From an uncultured bacterium (lineage in GTDB: Bacteria > Desulfobacterota_D > UBA1144): a DNA stretch of 64,000 bases. A program made the position numbers and the translations under genes. Below, one piece after another: positions 19,620-28,850 of this stretch. The first letter of the stretch is position 1. Each line of letters starts with the position of its first letter. The stretch spans positions 45,092-109,091 of the forward strand of contig CAJWZP010000005.1 of NCBI GenBank assembly GCA_913050325.1. The letters run 5' to 3'. A model generated the notes under the pieces. It searched no databases, had not been told where the DNA came from, and saw nothing but the letters and a program-made list of their open reading frames with translations.

Positions 19620-19871
19620 TTATTTATGATTTACTGTATATGGTATTAATGCCATATACCTAGCTTTTTTAATTTCACGTGAAATAATACGTTGTTGTGA
19701 GGCTGTGTTGCCAGTCATTCTTCTAGGAGCTATTTTTTTCCTTTCGGTTATGAAGTTTTGTAATAACTCAACATTTTTATAATTAATATCCGTGTTTCCT
19801 TCAAGTAATTTAGAAGGCTTTTTTCTTGGTTGCTTTGATCTTTTATCATTATCTCTTCTATCGTATCCCAT
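19620..19871 (-). CDS. rpsR: 30S ribosomal protein S18
   Basis: ...[38 protein letters not shown]. Confidence 0.93.
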   Translation of the reverse strand: MGYDRRDNDKRSKQPRKKPSKLLEGNTDINYKNVELLQNFITERKKIAPRRMTGNTASQQRIISREIKKARYMALIPYTVNHK

Positions 19872-19880
19872 TTAATTCTC

Positions 19881-20171
19881 CTACTTTTTATCTATTAAAA
19901 ATCTTAATATTATAGCTTTTTCGAAACTAAGTATTTTTTCTAGGTCTATAATACATTCAGATGAACAATTTGTCTCTATAATATAGTAGGTACCATCTGA
20001 ATGATTATTAATGGTATATGCCAATTTTCTATCAGCCCATTTTTCAAATTTTTTTAATTCATTTTTATGTTTATCTGAAATAATATTTTTTAACTTGTCA
20101 GATAAATTATTAAATTCTGTCCCATCAACATTTTTTGGAACTATGAAAAGTATTTCATAGTTATTTGTCAT
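19881..20171 (-). CDS. rpsF: 30S ribosomal protein S6
   Basis: YEILFIV N-terminus, 96 aa, directly upstream of rpsR with no priB/ssb between them. AGGAGG RBS. Confidence 0.88.
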   Translation of the reverse strand: MTNNYEILFIVPKNVDGTEFNNLSDKLKNIISDKHKNELKKFEKWADRKLAYTINNHSDGTYYIIETNCSSECIIDLEKILSFEKAIILRFLIDKK

Positions 20172-20219
20172 TATATTCCTCCTGTTATGGTCTCACGCCC
20201 AAATTAATGGAAACAAGAT

Positions 20220-21308
20220 TCAAAGATTATACCTAAAGTGAACAATATCTCCATCTTTTATAATATAATCTTTACCCTCAAACTTGACTAAACCCATTTT
20301 TTTTATTTCTTCTTCATTTTTATATTCTATGAAATCTTTATATTTAATCACTTCTGCCTTAATAAAGCCCTTTTGAAAATCAGTATGTATTTTTCCAGCC
20401 GCCTCAGGAGCCTTAGAATCTTTTATTATACTCCATGCTCTGCATTCTTTTTCGCCAGCTGTATAGAAAGTGATCAAATCTAAATAATTAAATACCTTAT
20501 TAATTAATTGATTTAATCCTGTACTGTTAATTTCATATTCTTTGAGAAATACCTTTTTTTCAGCCTCTTCAAAATCTTTAATTTCTTTTTCAAGTAATCC
20601 ATGTATTTCAACAAAGGTTTCATTTTTATTTGTTATATAATCTTTAAGTTCTTTAATTTTTTGATCATTTATCTGATTATTTCCAAAGTTTAAAACATAT
20701 ATAGTAGGTTTGGCAGATATTAAATTTAAAGAGGAGATTATCTTTTTATGATTATCATCATAATTACTTAAATTAATTTTTTCACCTGTATTGAGCAAAT
20801 TTATCAGTTCTTGAATAATTTCATATTCAAATATGGACTCTTTATCACCACTTTTTTTTATTTTTTCTAATTTTAAAATTCTTTTATCTAATATTTGTAA
20901 ATCACTTAAACATAGTTCCAGGTTTATAATATCTAAATCTCTTTTCGGATCAACTGAATCAAAAACATGAGTTACATCATCCTCAAAACATCTTAGAACA
21001 TGTGCGATGGCATCAACTTCTCTAATATTTCCTAAAAATTTATTCCCTAAGCCTTCTCCTTCACTTGCTCCTTTGACAAGACCCGCGATATCTACAAATT
21101 TTAACGATGTATGAACTGTTTTCTCAGGCGATAATTTTTTTGAAAGTTTATTCAATCTTAAATCTGGAACATCAACAATCGCAATATTCGGATCAATTGT
21201 AGTAAATGGGAAATTTCCAGATTCAGCTGCGGCGTTTGTTAGTGCTGAAAAAATTGTTGATTTTCCAACATTTGGCAGACCAACAATACCGCAGCTTAAA
21301 GAACTCAT
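20220..21308 (-). CDS. ychF: redox-regulated ATPase YchF
   Basis: P-loop [12 protein letters not shown]; C-terminal TGS-like ...[13 protein letters not shown]; 362 aa. Confidence 0.95.
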   Translation of the reverse strand: MSSLSCGIVGLPNVGKSTIFSALTNAAAESGNFPFTTIDPNIAIVDVPDLRLNKLSKKLSPEKTVHTSLKFVDIAGLVKGASEGEGLGNKFLGNIREVDAIAHVLRCFEDDVTHVFDSVDPKRDLDIINLELCLSDLQILDKRILKLEKIKKSGDKESIFEYEIIQELINLLNTGEKINLSNYDDNHKKIISSLNLISAKPTIYVLNFGNNQINDQKIKELKDYITNKNETFVEIHGLLEKEIKDFEEAEKKVFLKEYEINSTGLNQLINKVFNYLDLITFYTAGEKECRAWSIIKDSKAPEAAGKIHTDFQKGFIKAEVIKYKDFIEYKNEEEIKKMGLVKFEGKDYIIKDGDIVHFRYNL

Positions 21309-23354
21309 TTATAGAAATATTGGTGCTACCACTAATGAAACAATTGTCATAAGTTTGATCAATATATTCATTGCAGGACCAGATGTATCTTTAAAAGGAT
21401 CACCAATTGTATCACCAACTACAGCAGCTTTATGTGCTTCTGATCCTTTTCCACCTTTATTTCCTTCTTCAATATATTTTTTTGCATTATCCCAAGCTCC
21501 ACCTGAATTAGCCATCATTAAAGCTAAAGTAATTCCTGAGATAAGGGCACCACCTAAGAATGATGCTAAACCAGCAGGACCTAGTGCAAACCCAACTATG
21601 ATTGGACAGACTACAGCAAGAATCCCTGGTAAGACCATTTCTTTTAGAGATGCGTCTGTACTTATTTTAATACATGATGCATAATCTGGTTCAGCTTTTC
21701 CTTCCATTATCCCAGCAATCTCTTTAAATTGCCTTCTAACTTCCTGAACCATCTTCTCTGCAGATCTACCTACTGCTCCCATAGTCAGAGCACCGAAAAG
21801 GTAAGGAACCATCCCACCCAGAAGTAGACCACAAACTACTTTATAATCTAATAAATTTACTTCACTAATTTTAGCAGCAGCAGCAAATGCAACAAAAAGT
21901 GTTAATGAAGTTAACGCAGCAGAACCAATAGCAAAACCTTTACCTATAGCTGCAGTTGTATTACCTAAGCTATCTAACTTATCAGTTATCACTCTTACTT
22001 TAGGGTCTAGTCCAGCCATTTCTGCAATACCACCCGCATTATCCGCAATTGGTCCGTATGCATCTACAGACATTGTGATACCAATAGTTGCAAGCATGCT
22101 AACAGCTGCAATACCAATTCCGTATAGTTCAGCAAATTGATATGATGCAAAAATTGCAATAACTATTACAAGGATTGGTAACGCTGTACTTAACATACCA
22201 ACAGATAGCCCACTAATAATATTAGTAGCGACTCCACCTTTTTCAGAAGCATCGGCTATATCAGATACTGGTTTACCAGAAGTATAATATTCAGTGATTC
22301 CCCCAATTAAGGAACCTGAAAAAAGTCCAATTATTGAACATACAAAAATATTATTCAGAATCGAGGTTGAAATACCAACGCTTCCACCAACAGCATTTAA
22401 TGAAAAATAGCCAAAAGCTAGGAAAAGTATTCCAGCAGTTAAAGATGCTTTTCTTAAAACACCTGAAGGTTCTGAATCTTTTAAAAGATCTACAACTTTA
22501 GTTCCAATGAATGAAGCTATGGTTCCAACAATAATTAAAATTATTGGAAAAGAATACATAGCTAAAGTCTGATTGGTAGCCAAACCTAAACCTGAAGCAA
22601 TAACAATTGTAGCAATTACACTACCAACATATGATTCAAACAAGTCTGCACCCATTCCAGCTACATCACCAACATTATCACCAACATTGTCTGCAATAGT
22701 TGCTGGATTTCTTGGATCATCTTCAGGTATTCCTGCTTCAACTTTACCAACTAAGTCTGCACCCACATCAGCAGCTTTTGTATAGATTCCACCACCGACT
22801 CTTGCAAAAAGAGCAACTGAACTTGCACCCATAGCAAAACCACCTATGTTTGTTGCAAAACTAGCCAAGCTTGAATCGTTTACAGCATTTAATACAAAAT
22901 ATATCGCAAATGCTCCACTTACACCTAAGATACCCAAGCTTGCAACAGAGAATCCCATTACACTTCCACCTTTAAAAGCAGTAGTTAAAGCCGACCCTTG
23001 TCCAGATATATTTGCCGCCTCAGCTGTTCTAGAGTTAGCAATACAAGCTGATGTCATTCCTGCCCAACCACAAGTCATTGAAAGAATTGCTCCAGCAAAA
23101 TAACACAAAGCTGTTTGTTGGCCCAAGAAATAAAATAATAGTGCACCAACAACAACTACAAAAATAACGATATATCTATATTCTTGCTTAATAAAAGACA
23201 TGGCACCATTGTAAATTGTGACGCCAAGTTTTCTTTGAGTATCATTACCACGTGGTAATGATCTTATATTCCAGTAAGTTACTTGAGCATAAATTAAACC
23301 TAAGACAGCTAATATTAATCCCCCATAAGTAACAAACTTACTTGATAAATCCAT
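21309..23354 (-). CDS. hppA: membrane-bound proton/sodium-translocating pyrophosphatase
   Basis: 681 aa. [42 protein letters not shown] signature motifs. Confidence 0.96.
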   Translation of the reverse strand: MDLSSKFVTYGGLILAVLGLIYAQVTYWNIRSLPRGNDTQRKLGVTIYNGAMSFIKQEYRYIVIFVVVVGALLFYFLGQQTALCYFAGAILSMTCGWAGMTSACIANSRTAEAANISGQGSALTTAFKGGSVMGFSVASLGILGVSGAFAIYFVLNAVNDSSLASFATNIGGFAMGASSVALFARVGGGIYTKAADVGADLVGKVEAGIPEDDPRNPATIADNVGDNVGDVAGMGADLFESYVGSVIATIVIASGLGLATNQTLAMYSFPIILIIVGTIASFIGTKVVDLLKDSEPSGVLRKASLTAGILFLAFGYFSLNAVGGSVGISTSILNNIFVCSIIGLFSGSLIGGITEYYTSGKPVSDIADASEKGGVATNIISGLSVGMLSTALPILVIVIAIFASYQFAELYGIGIAAVSMLATIGITMSVDAYGPIADNAGGIAEMAGLDPKVRVITDKLDSLGNTTAAIGKGFAIGSAALTSLTLFVAFAAAAKISEVNLLDYKVVCGLLLGGMVPYLFGALTMGAVGRSAEKMVQEVRRQFKEIAGIMEGKAEPDYASCIKISTDASLKEMVLPGILAVVCPIIVGFALGPAGLASFLGGALISGITLALMMANSGGAWDNAKKYIEEGNKGGKGSEAHKAAVVGDTIGDPFKDTSGPAMNILIKLMTIVSLVVAPIFL

Positions 23355-23385
23355 GTTTTCCTCCTTGAATTTTTACAGTTAATAT

Positions 23386-23961
23386 TCATTGAATTTTACT
23401 GTTAAATTTATTCATTGCAAATATTATCCCTTCAAAAATTATATCTTTTATTATTTCTTCTATTCTATTTTTAATACGAGATAAAGCTTCAAATTCGTCT
23501 TTTTTGAAGTTTGAAAGTACATAATTGTTAACATTTTCCTTATTTAACGGTTTTCCAATACCAATTCTAATTCTAACAAAGTTATTTGAACCAATTTCAT
23601 CTATTAAGGATTTGATTCCATTATGGCCTGCAGAACCCCCACTAGATTTAATTTTTAGGCTTCCCAGGGCTAAATCCATATCGTCATATACTACTATTAT
23701 ATTATTGGGAGCTATTTTAAAAAAATCTTTGCAATTTCTAACAGAAACTCCGCTTCTATTCATATAGGTTTGTGGTTTTATAATATGAATTTTATTATCG
23801 TTAAGTCTAACCAGAGTATATTTGGAATTAAATTTATCTATATAATCTTCAGAATTTATTTGACTTGTAAAATAATCAATTAAACAGAAGCCAATGTTAT
23901 GTCTGTTCCTCTCATATTTAATACCAGGATTTCCAAGGCCAACTAATAAATAATTCTTCAC
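23386..23961 (-). CDS. pth: peptidyl-tRNA hydrolase
   Basis: LLVGLGNPGIKYERNRHNIGF and GHNGIKS. Confidence 0.94.
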   Translation of the reverse strand: MKNYLLVGLGNPGIKYERNRHNIGFCLIDYFTSQINSEDYIDKFNSKYTLVRLNDNKIHIIKPQTYMNRSGVSVRNCKDFFKIAPNNIIVVYDDMDLALGSLKIKSSGGSAGHNGIKSLIDEIGSNNFVRIRIGIGKPLNKENVNNYVLSNFKKDEFEALSRIKNRIEEIIKDIIFEGIIFAMNKFNSKIQ

Positions 23962-23982
23962 TTTATATTCAAAAAACTTTAA

Positions 23983-24636
23983 TTATTTTTTTTCATCTTC
24001 GCTAGTATTATTTTCATCAGTATCTTTATTTTCTTCTGTTGATTCTGAGGTTTCTTCAGTTGTTTGTTCAGCTAATATCCTAGGTGCTAAAATACTAATT
24101 AAAGTACTCTCAGGATTAGATAAAATTTCTATTTTTTCAATTTCAGAAATATTTTTAACACGAAGAGTATCTCCAATATTTAAATCAGATATATCAATTT
24201 CTATATCATTTGGAATAAATTCAGGCAAACAACTAATTAGAACTTCATTTGTTAGAGTCTGGATAACTCCTCCATTTTTAACTCCCTCGGGTTTTCCAGT
24301 GAAAACAATCGGAGCAGAAACTTTAACTTTTTCTCCTTCAGTAATTTCATAGAAATCAAGATGAAGTGGATCACTGGTTAAAGTATCTAAATGAGCATCT
24401 TTTAATAAAACATTTTTATTTTGGTCTGAATCTTTAACTTTCATGTTAATAATAGTGTTTTCACCTGCTTCATTTCTAAGAAGTTTTTTAAGCTTAATAG
24501 GGTCAACCAATATATTTAAATTTTCTTTATTTTTCCCATAAATAACTGCTGGGACCAAACCATTATTTCTATATTTTTTATTAGCTTGTTTACCAAGCAA
24601 ATCTCTTTTTAACACATCTAATTCTAAGGTATTCAA
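23983..24636 (-). CDS. rplY: 50S ribosomal protein L25/general stress protein Ctc
   Basis: ...KYRNNGLVPAVIYGK..., two-domain Ctc form with an acidic C-terminal tail; sits between prs and pth. Confidence 0.88.
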   Translation of the reverse strand: MNTLELDVLKRDLLGKQANKKYRNNGLVPAVIYGKNKENLNILVDPIKLKKLLRNEAGENTIINMKVKDSDQNKNVLLKDAHLDTLTSDPLHLDFYEITEGEKVKVSAPIVFTGKPEGVKNGGVIQTLTNEVLISCLPEFIPNDIEIDISDLNIGDTLRVKNISEIEKIEILSNPESTLISILAPRILAEQTTEETSESTEENKDTDENNTSEDEKK

Positions 24637-24645
24637 TTATTTCTC

Positions 24646-25587
24646 CTACGAAAATAAATTACTTATAGATTTATTATCAATAATTCTTTTGATAGCTTTA
24701 GCAATCAAATCAGAAACACTTATAACTTTAATCTTACTTATTTTCTTTAATCTGTTTTGGTTATTTATTGTATCAGTAATTACTAGTTCATCAATACATG
24801 AATTTTCAATATTTTCTATAGCATTCCCAGATAAAACACCATGGGTACAAAACATTGAAACCGATTTAGCTCCTGCTTTTATGAGGGCTTCGGCGGATTT
24901 CGAAGCTGTTCCACCAGTGTCTATCATATCATCAATTAATAAAATTCTTTTATCTTTTACATTTCCTATTACATTAGTAATTTCTGCTACATTTGGCTTG
25001 GGCCTTCTCTTATCTGTCATTGCTAAATCAACTATGCCAAATTTTTTTGCAAAAGTTCTGGCTCGTTCCATACCCCCTGCATCCGGAGAGGCTATTGTAA
25101 GATTTTTACTATATTTTTTTGTAAAATATTTTTTTGCTATTGGAAAAGCATATAAATGATCAACAGGTATATCAAAAAAACCTTGAATTTGTCCAGCGTG
25201 AATATCCATTAATATAACTTCCTGAATTCCAGATTTAACCAAAAGATCACATATTAATTTTGCAGTTATAGGGGATCTATCGCTTACTTTTCTGTCTTGC
25301 CTAGAATATCCAAAATAAGGTATAACAGCATATACTTTCCTTGCTGCCGCTCTCCTTAATGCATCTATAATTATGAAAAGTTCTAATAGATTTTCGTTTA
25401 CAGGACTATTAGTTGATTGGAGTACAAAACAATCTGCACCTCGAACACTTTCATTAACTTCAACAAAAATTTCTCCATCACTAAATCTCTTAATATCTAG
25501 GTCACCTTGTTTGATTTTTAATTTTTTACAAATTAATTTTGCTAATGGAATATTAGATGAACCAGCAAAAAGTTTTATATTATCCAC
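24646..25587 (-). CDS. prs: ribose-phosphate pyrophosphokinase
   Basis: IKLFAGSSNIPLA, YFGYSRQDRK, DIHAGQIQGFF, PRPP loop LLIDDMIDTGGT. Confidence 0.96.
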   Translation of the reverse strand: MDNIKLFAGSSNIPLAKLICKKLKIKQGDLDIKRFSDGEIFVEVNESVRGADCFVLQSTNSPVNENLLELFIIIDALRRAAARKVYAVIPYFGYSRQDRKVSDRSPITAKLICDLLVKSGIQEVILMDIHAGQIQGFFDIPVDHLYAFPIAKKYFTKKYSKNLTIASPDAGGMERARTFAKKFGIVDLAMTDKRRPKPNVAEITNVIGNVKDKRILLIDDMIDTGGTASKSAEALIKAGAKSVSMFCTHGVLSGNAIENIENSCIDELVITDTINNQNRLKKISKIKVISVSDLIAKAIKRIIDNKSISNLFS

Positions 25588-25638
25588 ATAATGATTGTAA
25601 AATAATAACTTATTAAAGTAAATTTAATGGAATCTTTT

Positions 25639-26211
25639 TTATGCTTTTTTTATTCTTTCAAGATACTTACCATCTCTAGTATCAACTTTTATTATATCTC
25701 CAATATTAATGAATAAAGGAACAGAAATTGATGCATTTGTTTCTAATTTTGCAGGTTTATTACCTCCTGTAACACTGTCACCTTTAAGGCCAGGTTCAGT
25801 TTCTATTATCTCAAGTTCAACATGAGTTGGCAATTCCATATCTATTGGTGCTCCATTGTAATGTAAAAGTAAAACAATTTGCTCTTCTTTGATAAAATCT
25901 ATTTTATTACCTAACTTTTCAATATTTATAGAAAATTGTTCAAAATTTTCTGTATCCATAAAAGTAACGGATTCTTCATCACTATAAAGAATTTGAGATT
26001 CTCTTTTTGTTAAGTCGGGAAGACTGAAACTATCACCACTTCTGAAACTTTTTTCTTGAACAAGACCGGTAAAAATATTTTTTAATTTTGTTTTAACAAC
26101 AGGTGATCTTTGTTGCATAACTCTATGTTGAAATTCAATGATTTCCCATAAGTCATTTTCATATATAATTTTAAGACCTTTATAAAATTTGCTGGTTTCA
26201 ACTATACTCAT
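25639..26211 (-). CDS. efp: elongation factor P (non-canonical loop tip)
   Basis: 190 aa. C-terminal ELEIIETEPGLKGDSVTGGNKPAKLETNASISVPLFINIGDIIKVDTRDGKYLER is classic EF-P. The loop region reads EFQHRVMQQRSPVVKTK instead of a PGKG/GRG type. Confidence 0.9.
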   Translation of the reverse strand: MSIVETSKFYKGLKIIYENDLWEIIEFQHRVMQQRSPVVKTKLKNIFTGLVQEKSFRSGDSFSLPDLTKRESQILYSDEESVTFMDTENFEQFSINIEKLGNKIDFIKEEQIVLLLHYNGAPIDMELPTHVELEIIETEPGLKGDSVTGGNKPAKLETNASISVPLFINIGDIIKVDTRDGKYLERIKKA

Positions 26212-26804
26212 TTTTTTAAAATATTAATAATGGAATTATTTATTTCAACCTCTAACTTTTTAATTATATCTGAATTATATTTTTTTATACTAATACCACT
26301 GTTTTTTTTATTTGGATTTATATTTGAAATCTTCAGTAATTTTTTAATACTTTTTATGAAAATTTTTTCAATTAAAATTCTTGATTCTTTTGAATATGAA
26401 GGATTTTTACCATTACTATTTAATGACATATTGAGAAAGCTATTTATTTTTAAAATTGATGTAAATTGAAAATTACTATTTTTTTTGTTTGACGCATCAT
26501 TTATTAATAATTTCATTTCTTTTGAAATTATAGATATTTTCTCATTGACTTTAGAATCATTAGTGCATGCTAAAATAATTTGATTATTTATAATATCACT
26601 TTTTTTAAATTTTCTTTTTTTAAATTTAATATTTTTATTATCTTTGAGAATTTTATTAAGTTCTTGGTCGGTAGTGGGTGATATCAAATTTATTTTAATT
26701 TTTTTAGATGACGATAATATTTTTTTTAATCTTCTTTTGGCAACATTTCCTGATCCTACAATAAGTACATTATATTGATCTATATTGATATTAAAATTAA
26801 TCAT
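26208..26804 (-). CDS. precorrin-2 dehydrogenase / sirohydrochlorin ferrochelatase-like (CysG N-terminal / SirC-type)
   Basis: NAD motif VLIVGSGNVAKRRLKKIL, then ...ILACTNDSKVNEKI... and INDASN, the siroheme-synthase N-domain pattern. Its stop overlaps the efp start (ATGA). Confidence 0.65.
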   Translation of the reverse strand: MINFNINIDQYNVLIVGSGNVAKRRLKKILSSSKKIKINLISPTTDQELNKILKDNKNIKFKKRKFKKSDIINNQIILACTNDSKVNEKISIISKEMKLLINDASNKKNSNFQFTSILKINSFLNMSLNSNGKNPSYSKESRILIEKIFIKSIKKLLKISNINPNKKNSGISIKKYNSDIIKKLEVEINNSIINILKK

Positions 26805-26806
26805 AA

Positions 26807-26974
26807 TTAAAAAGAGTTATAAAAAAAAATTACTAAGAAATATACTATCGGTACAAAAATAGAGATAACTCCGATATAGATATAGATTTTTAATATCTTA
26901 TTTGCTTTAAAACCAGGAACATTTTGAGACTGATCTTTTACATCACCTAAAAGTCTTTTGATTGTTTTAATCAT
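26807..26974 (-). CDS. possible 55-aa small membrane protein (below ORF-track cutoff)
   Basis: Hand translation: MIKTIKRLLGDVKDQSQNVPGFKANKILKIYIYIGVISIFVPIVYFLVIFFYNSF*. The ATG overlaps the stop of the upstream GYD gene (AATGATTAA). It fills an otherwise empty 160-nt gap and has a C-terminal TM helix. Confidence 0.4.
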   Translation of the reverse strand: MIKTIKRLLGDVKDQSQNVPGFKANKILKIYIYIGVISIFVPIVYFLVIFFYNSF

Positions 26975-27260
26975 TTTTTTTTAAATATTCTATAAAAGAA
27001 TCTATATCAATAGCAGGAAGTGTCTTTATCTGAATTGTTCCTCTTGAAGTTAATTCAATTGATAATTTACTAATTGAATCATTGTCAGGAGCCTCAACTA
27101 TATTGATAAAATCAAAAGAACCTAAAGTTGCATATTGCTTTAGTATTTTAATTCCACCTTTTTCTATTTCCTTATCAACCTCTTTTATTCTATTAGGATT
27201 TTCTTTGATTGTTTTTCTTCCCTCAGTAGTTAAAGTTGATAATAATATATATCTAGGCAT
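26967..27260 (-). CDS. GYD domain-containing protein
   Basis: 97 aa. MPRYILLSTLTTEGRKTIKENP...ATLGSFDFINIVEAPD matches the GYD-family pattern. Confidence 0.7.
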   Translation of the reverse strand: MPRYILLSTLTTEGRKTIKENPNRIKEVDKEIEKGGIKILKQYATLGSFDFINIVEAPDNDSISKLSIELTSRGTIQIKTLPAIDIDSFIEYLKKND

Positions 27261-27319
27261 ACAAAAACATCCTCTACTTACATAGGTTATTTTATCTGAT
27301 ATTATTGTTTAAAAACAGC

Positions 27320-28804
27320 ATGATATTTTATAGACCTAATTATATTAAGTTTAAAGCTTATTTATTTATTTTAATCTGTTCTCTTTTCATATCAGGGAAT
27401 TCTTATTCAAATTCTTATTCAGAAAATTTAGTAGATAAGAATCTTTCTAATATAACCGTTGATTCTTTTGAGTGGTCTATGAATTTAAAAGATACCCAAC
27501 CATCTTTTAAAGAAATTATTATTAATAATAATTCAGAACTAAATTTAAAATCAATAACTTTTGAAATACAACTTTATGATGATAAAAATGTTATGTATAC
27601 CTTTGTAATTATTAAAAATCAGTTTATTAAGTCAAAAAGTTTAACAAAATTAGAAAATATTAAAGGCTCTTTGTTGCTTCCATTCAAGCCAAAGAAAACG
27701 ATTATAGCCATTAAATCCATTGAGCCTGATTATGAAAATAAATCAGATTTATATCCATCAAAAAATATTACAATTCTTGATGTTAAGTATCAGATTGATT
27801 CTTCTATTGCAAAAGCAATTAATTTTGATTTAATAACTCTTAAAAATGAATCAAAAGTATTTTATAAAAATATTTTAATTTCTGTAATTCTATATGATTC
27901 AAATGATTCCTTAATTTCAGAGGAAAAAATTTTTTCTAAAAGACCAATATCTCCAGGTGAAGAAATTACACTCGGACCCATAACAATTGGGGCTGTTGGA
28001 ACAGAGAAAGCAGAATATATTAAACTTTCCATTTTGGATGCTGAATTGATTTCACCAAAAGTATATGTAAAAGAAGGTGGAGCCCAACAAGATTTGTCAA
28101 TATTTGAATCAGATGATTCCTATCTTTCAGATGTTCCCATTATTCTAAAGGATTTAGATATTAATAATTTTGACTGGGTAACAAAGGCAAAAAATACTAT
28201 TGGATTCCTTACTTTAAATATAGAAAATACTAGTAATTTCGATTATAGCAATATTGTATTTGATATTTATTTTTTAAATGAGCGCGGATCTACTATAAAT
28301 AAAAGAAATTTTAAATATAAAAAATCAACAATTTTAGCAAAATCATCAGAAAGAATCAAAATTAATGCAGGACTTATAGATTTTGACTTCTCCAATGTAG
28401 AAATTGCAATTATTAGTGGTGACTCAATTTTAAATAATAATGTAAAAAATAAATTACAGGAAAATAGCTCAAAAAATATAAAAACTAGAGAAATTAAAAA
28501 AACTAATATCGAGCAACCAGAAACTCTTATTGAATTAGAGGATTTAAATTTAGAGGAGTATATTATAGTTGTTGATTATTTATTTGATAAACAAACATCA
28601 TCTTTCAGAATAATGAACTTGTCAGATTTTGATTTAAAAGAGATTAAATTAAAAGTTACAAATAATAATAACGAAGAGTTATTGTTTAGTTTAAAAAATA
28701 TTAAAAAAAGATCTGAGAAAAGATATTTTGGTCTTAAGCCTTTAAATTTTAAGGATTTGGATGGAAAAAAACTTAAAATTAATGTTATCAGCGCTTTTAA
28801 ATAG
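27320..28804 (+). CDS. secreted protein with four tandem beta-sandwich-like repeats, function unknown
   Basis: Signal-like N-terminus (MIFYRPNYIKFKAYLFILICSLFISGNS). Four ~95-120-aa repeats share the pattern N-x-S...hydrophobic-x-hydrophobic-x-LYD (ITFEIQLYDD; ILISVILYDS; IVFDIYFLNE; EIKLKVTNNN). The track start is a TTG at 27305; I prefer the ATG at 27320. Confidence 0.65.
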   Translation: MIFYRPNYIKFKAYLFILICSLFISGNSYSNSYSENLVDKNLSNITVDSFEWSMNLKDTQPSFKEIIINNNSELNLKSITFEIQLYDDKNVMYTFVIIKNQFIKSKSLTKLENIKGSLLLPFKPKKTIIAIKSIEPDYENKSDLYPSKNITILDVKYQIDSSIAKAINFDLITLKNESKVFYKNILISVILYDSNDSLISEEKIFSKRPISPGEEITLGPITIGAVGTEKAEYIKLSILDAELISPKVYVKEGGAQQDLSIFESDDSYLSDVPIILKDLDINNFDWVTKAKNTIGFLTLNIENTSNFDYSNIVFDIYFLNERGSTINKRNFKYKKSTILAKSSERIKINAGLIDFDFSNVEIAIISGDSILNNNVKNKLQENSSKNIKTREIKKTNIEQPETLIELEDLNLEEYIIVVDYLFDKQTSSFRIMNLSDFDLKEIKLKVTNNNNEELLFSLKNIKKRSEKRYFGLKPLNFKDLDGKKLKINVISAFK

Positions 28805-28850
28805 ATTAAAATTCTGCAAAGTTTAATTTTATCTGTTAATATTTTATTCC

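Noticed and set aside
21355-23103. Three plus-strand ORFs (21355..21684, 22573..22785, 22846..23103) inside hppA
   Set aside because: Pro/Ala/Ser-rich reverse-frame translations of a Gly/Ala-rich membrane protein gene. No independent support.
21309-23354. Visibly higher G+C in the hppA region as a sign of horizontal acquisition
   Set aside because: The shift is explained by the Gly/Ala/Val-rich composition of the conserved pyrophosphatase. Third positions still look A/T-biased by eye. There are no flanking mobile genes or repeats.
24689-25159. 156-aa plus-strand ORF inside prs
   Set aside because: Antisense to a high-confidence prs gene. The low-complexity hydrophobic translation is typical of reverse frames.
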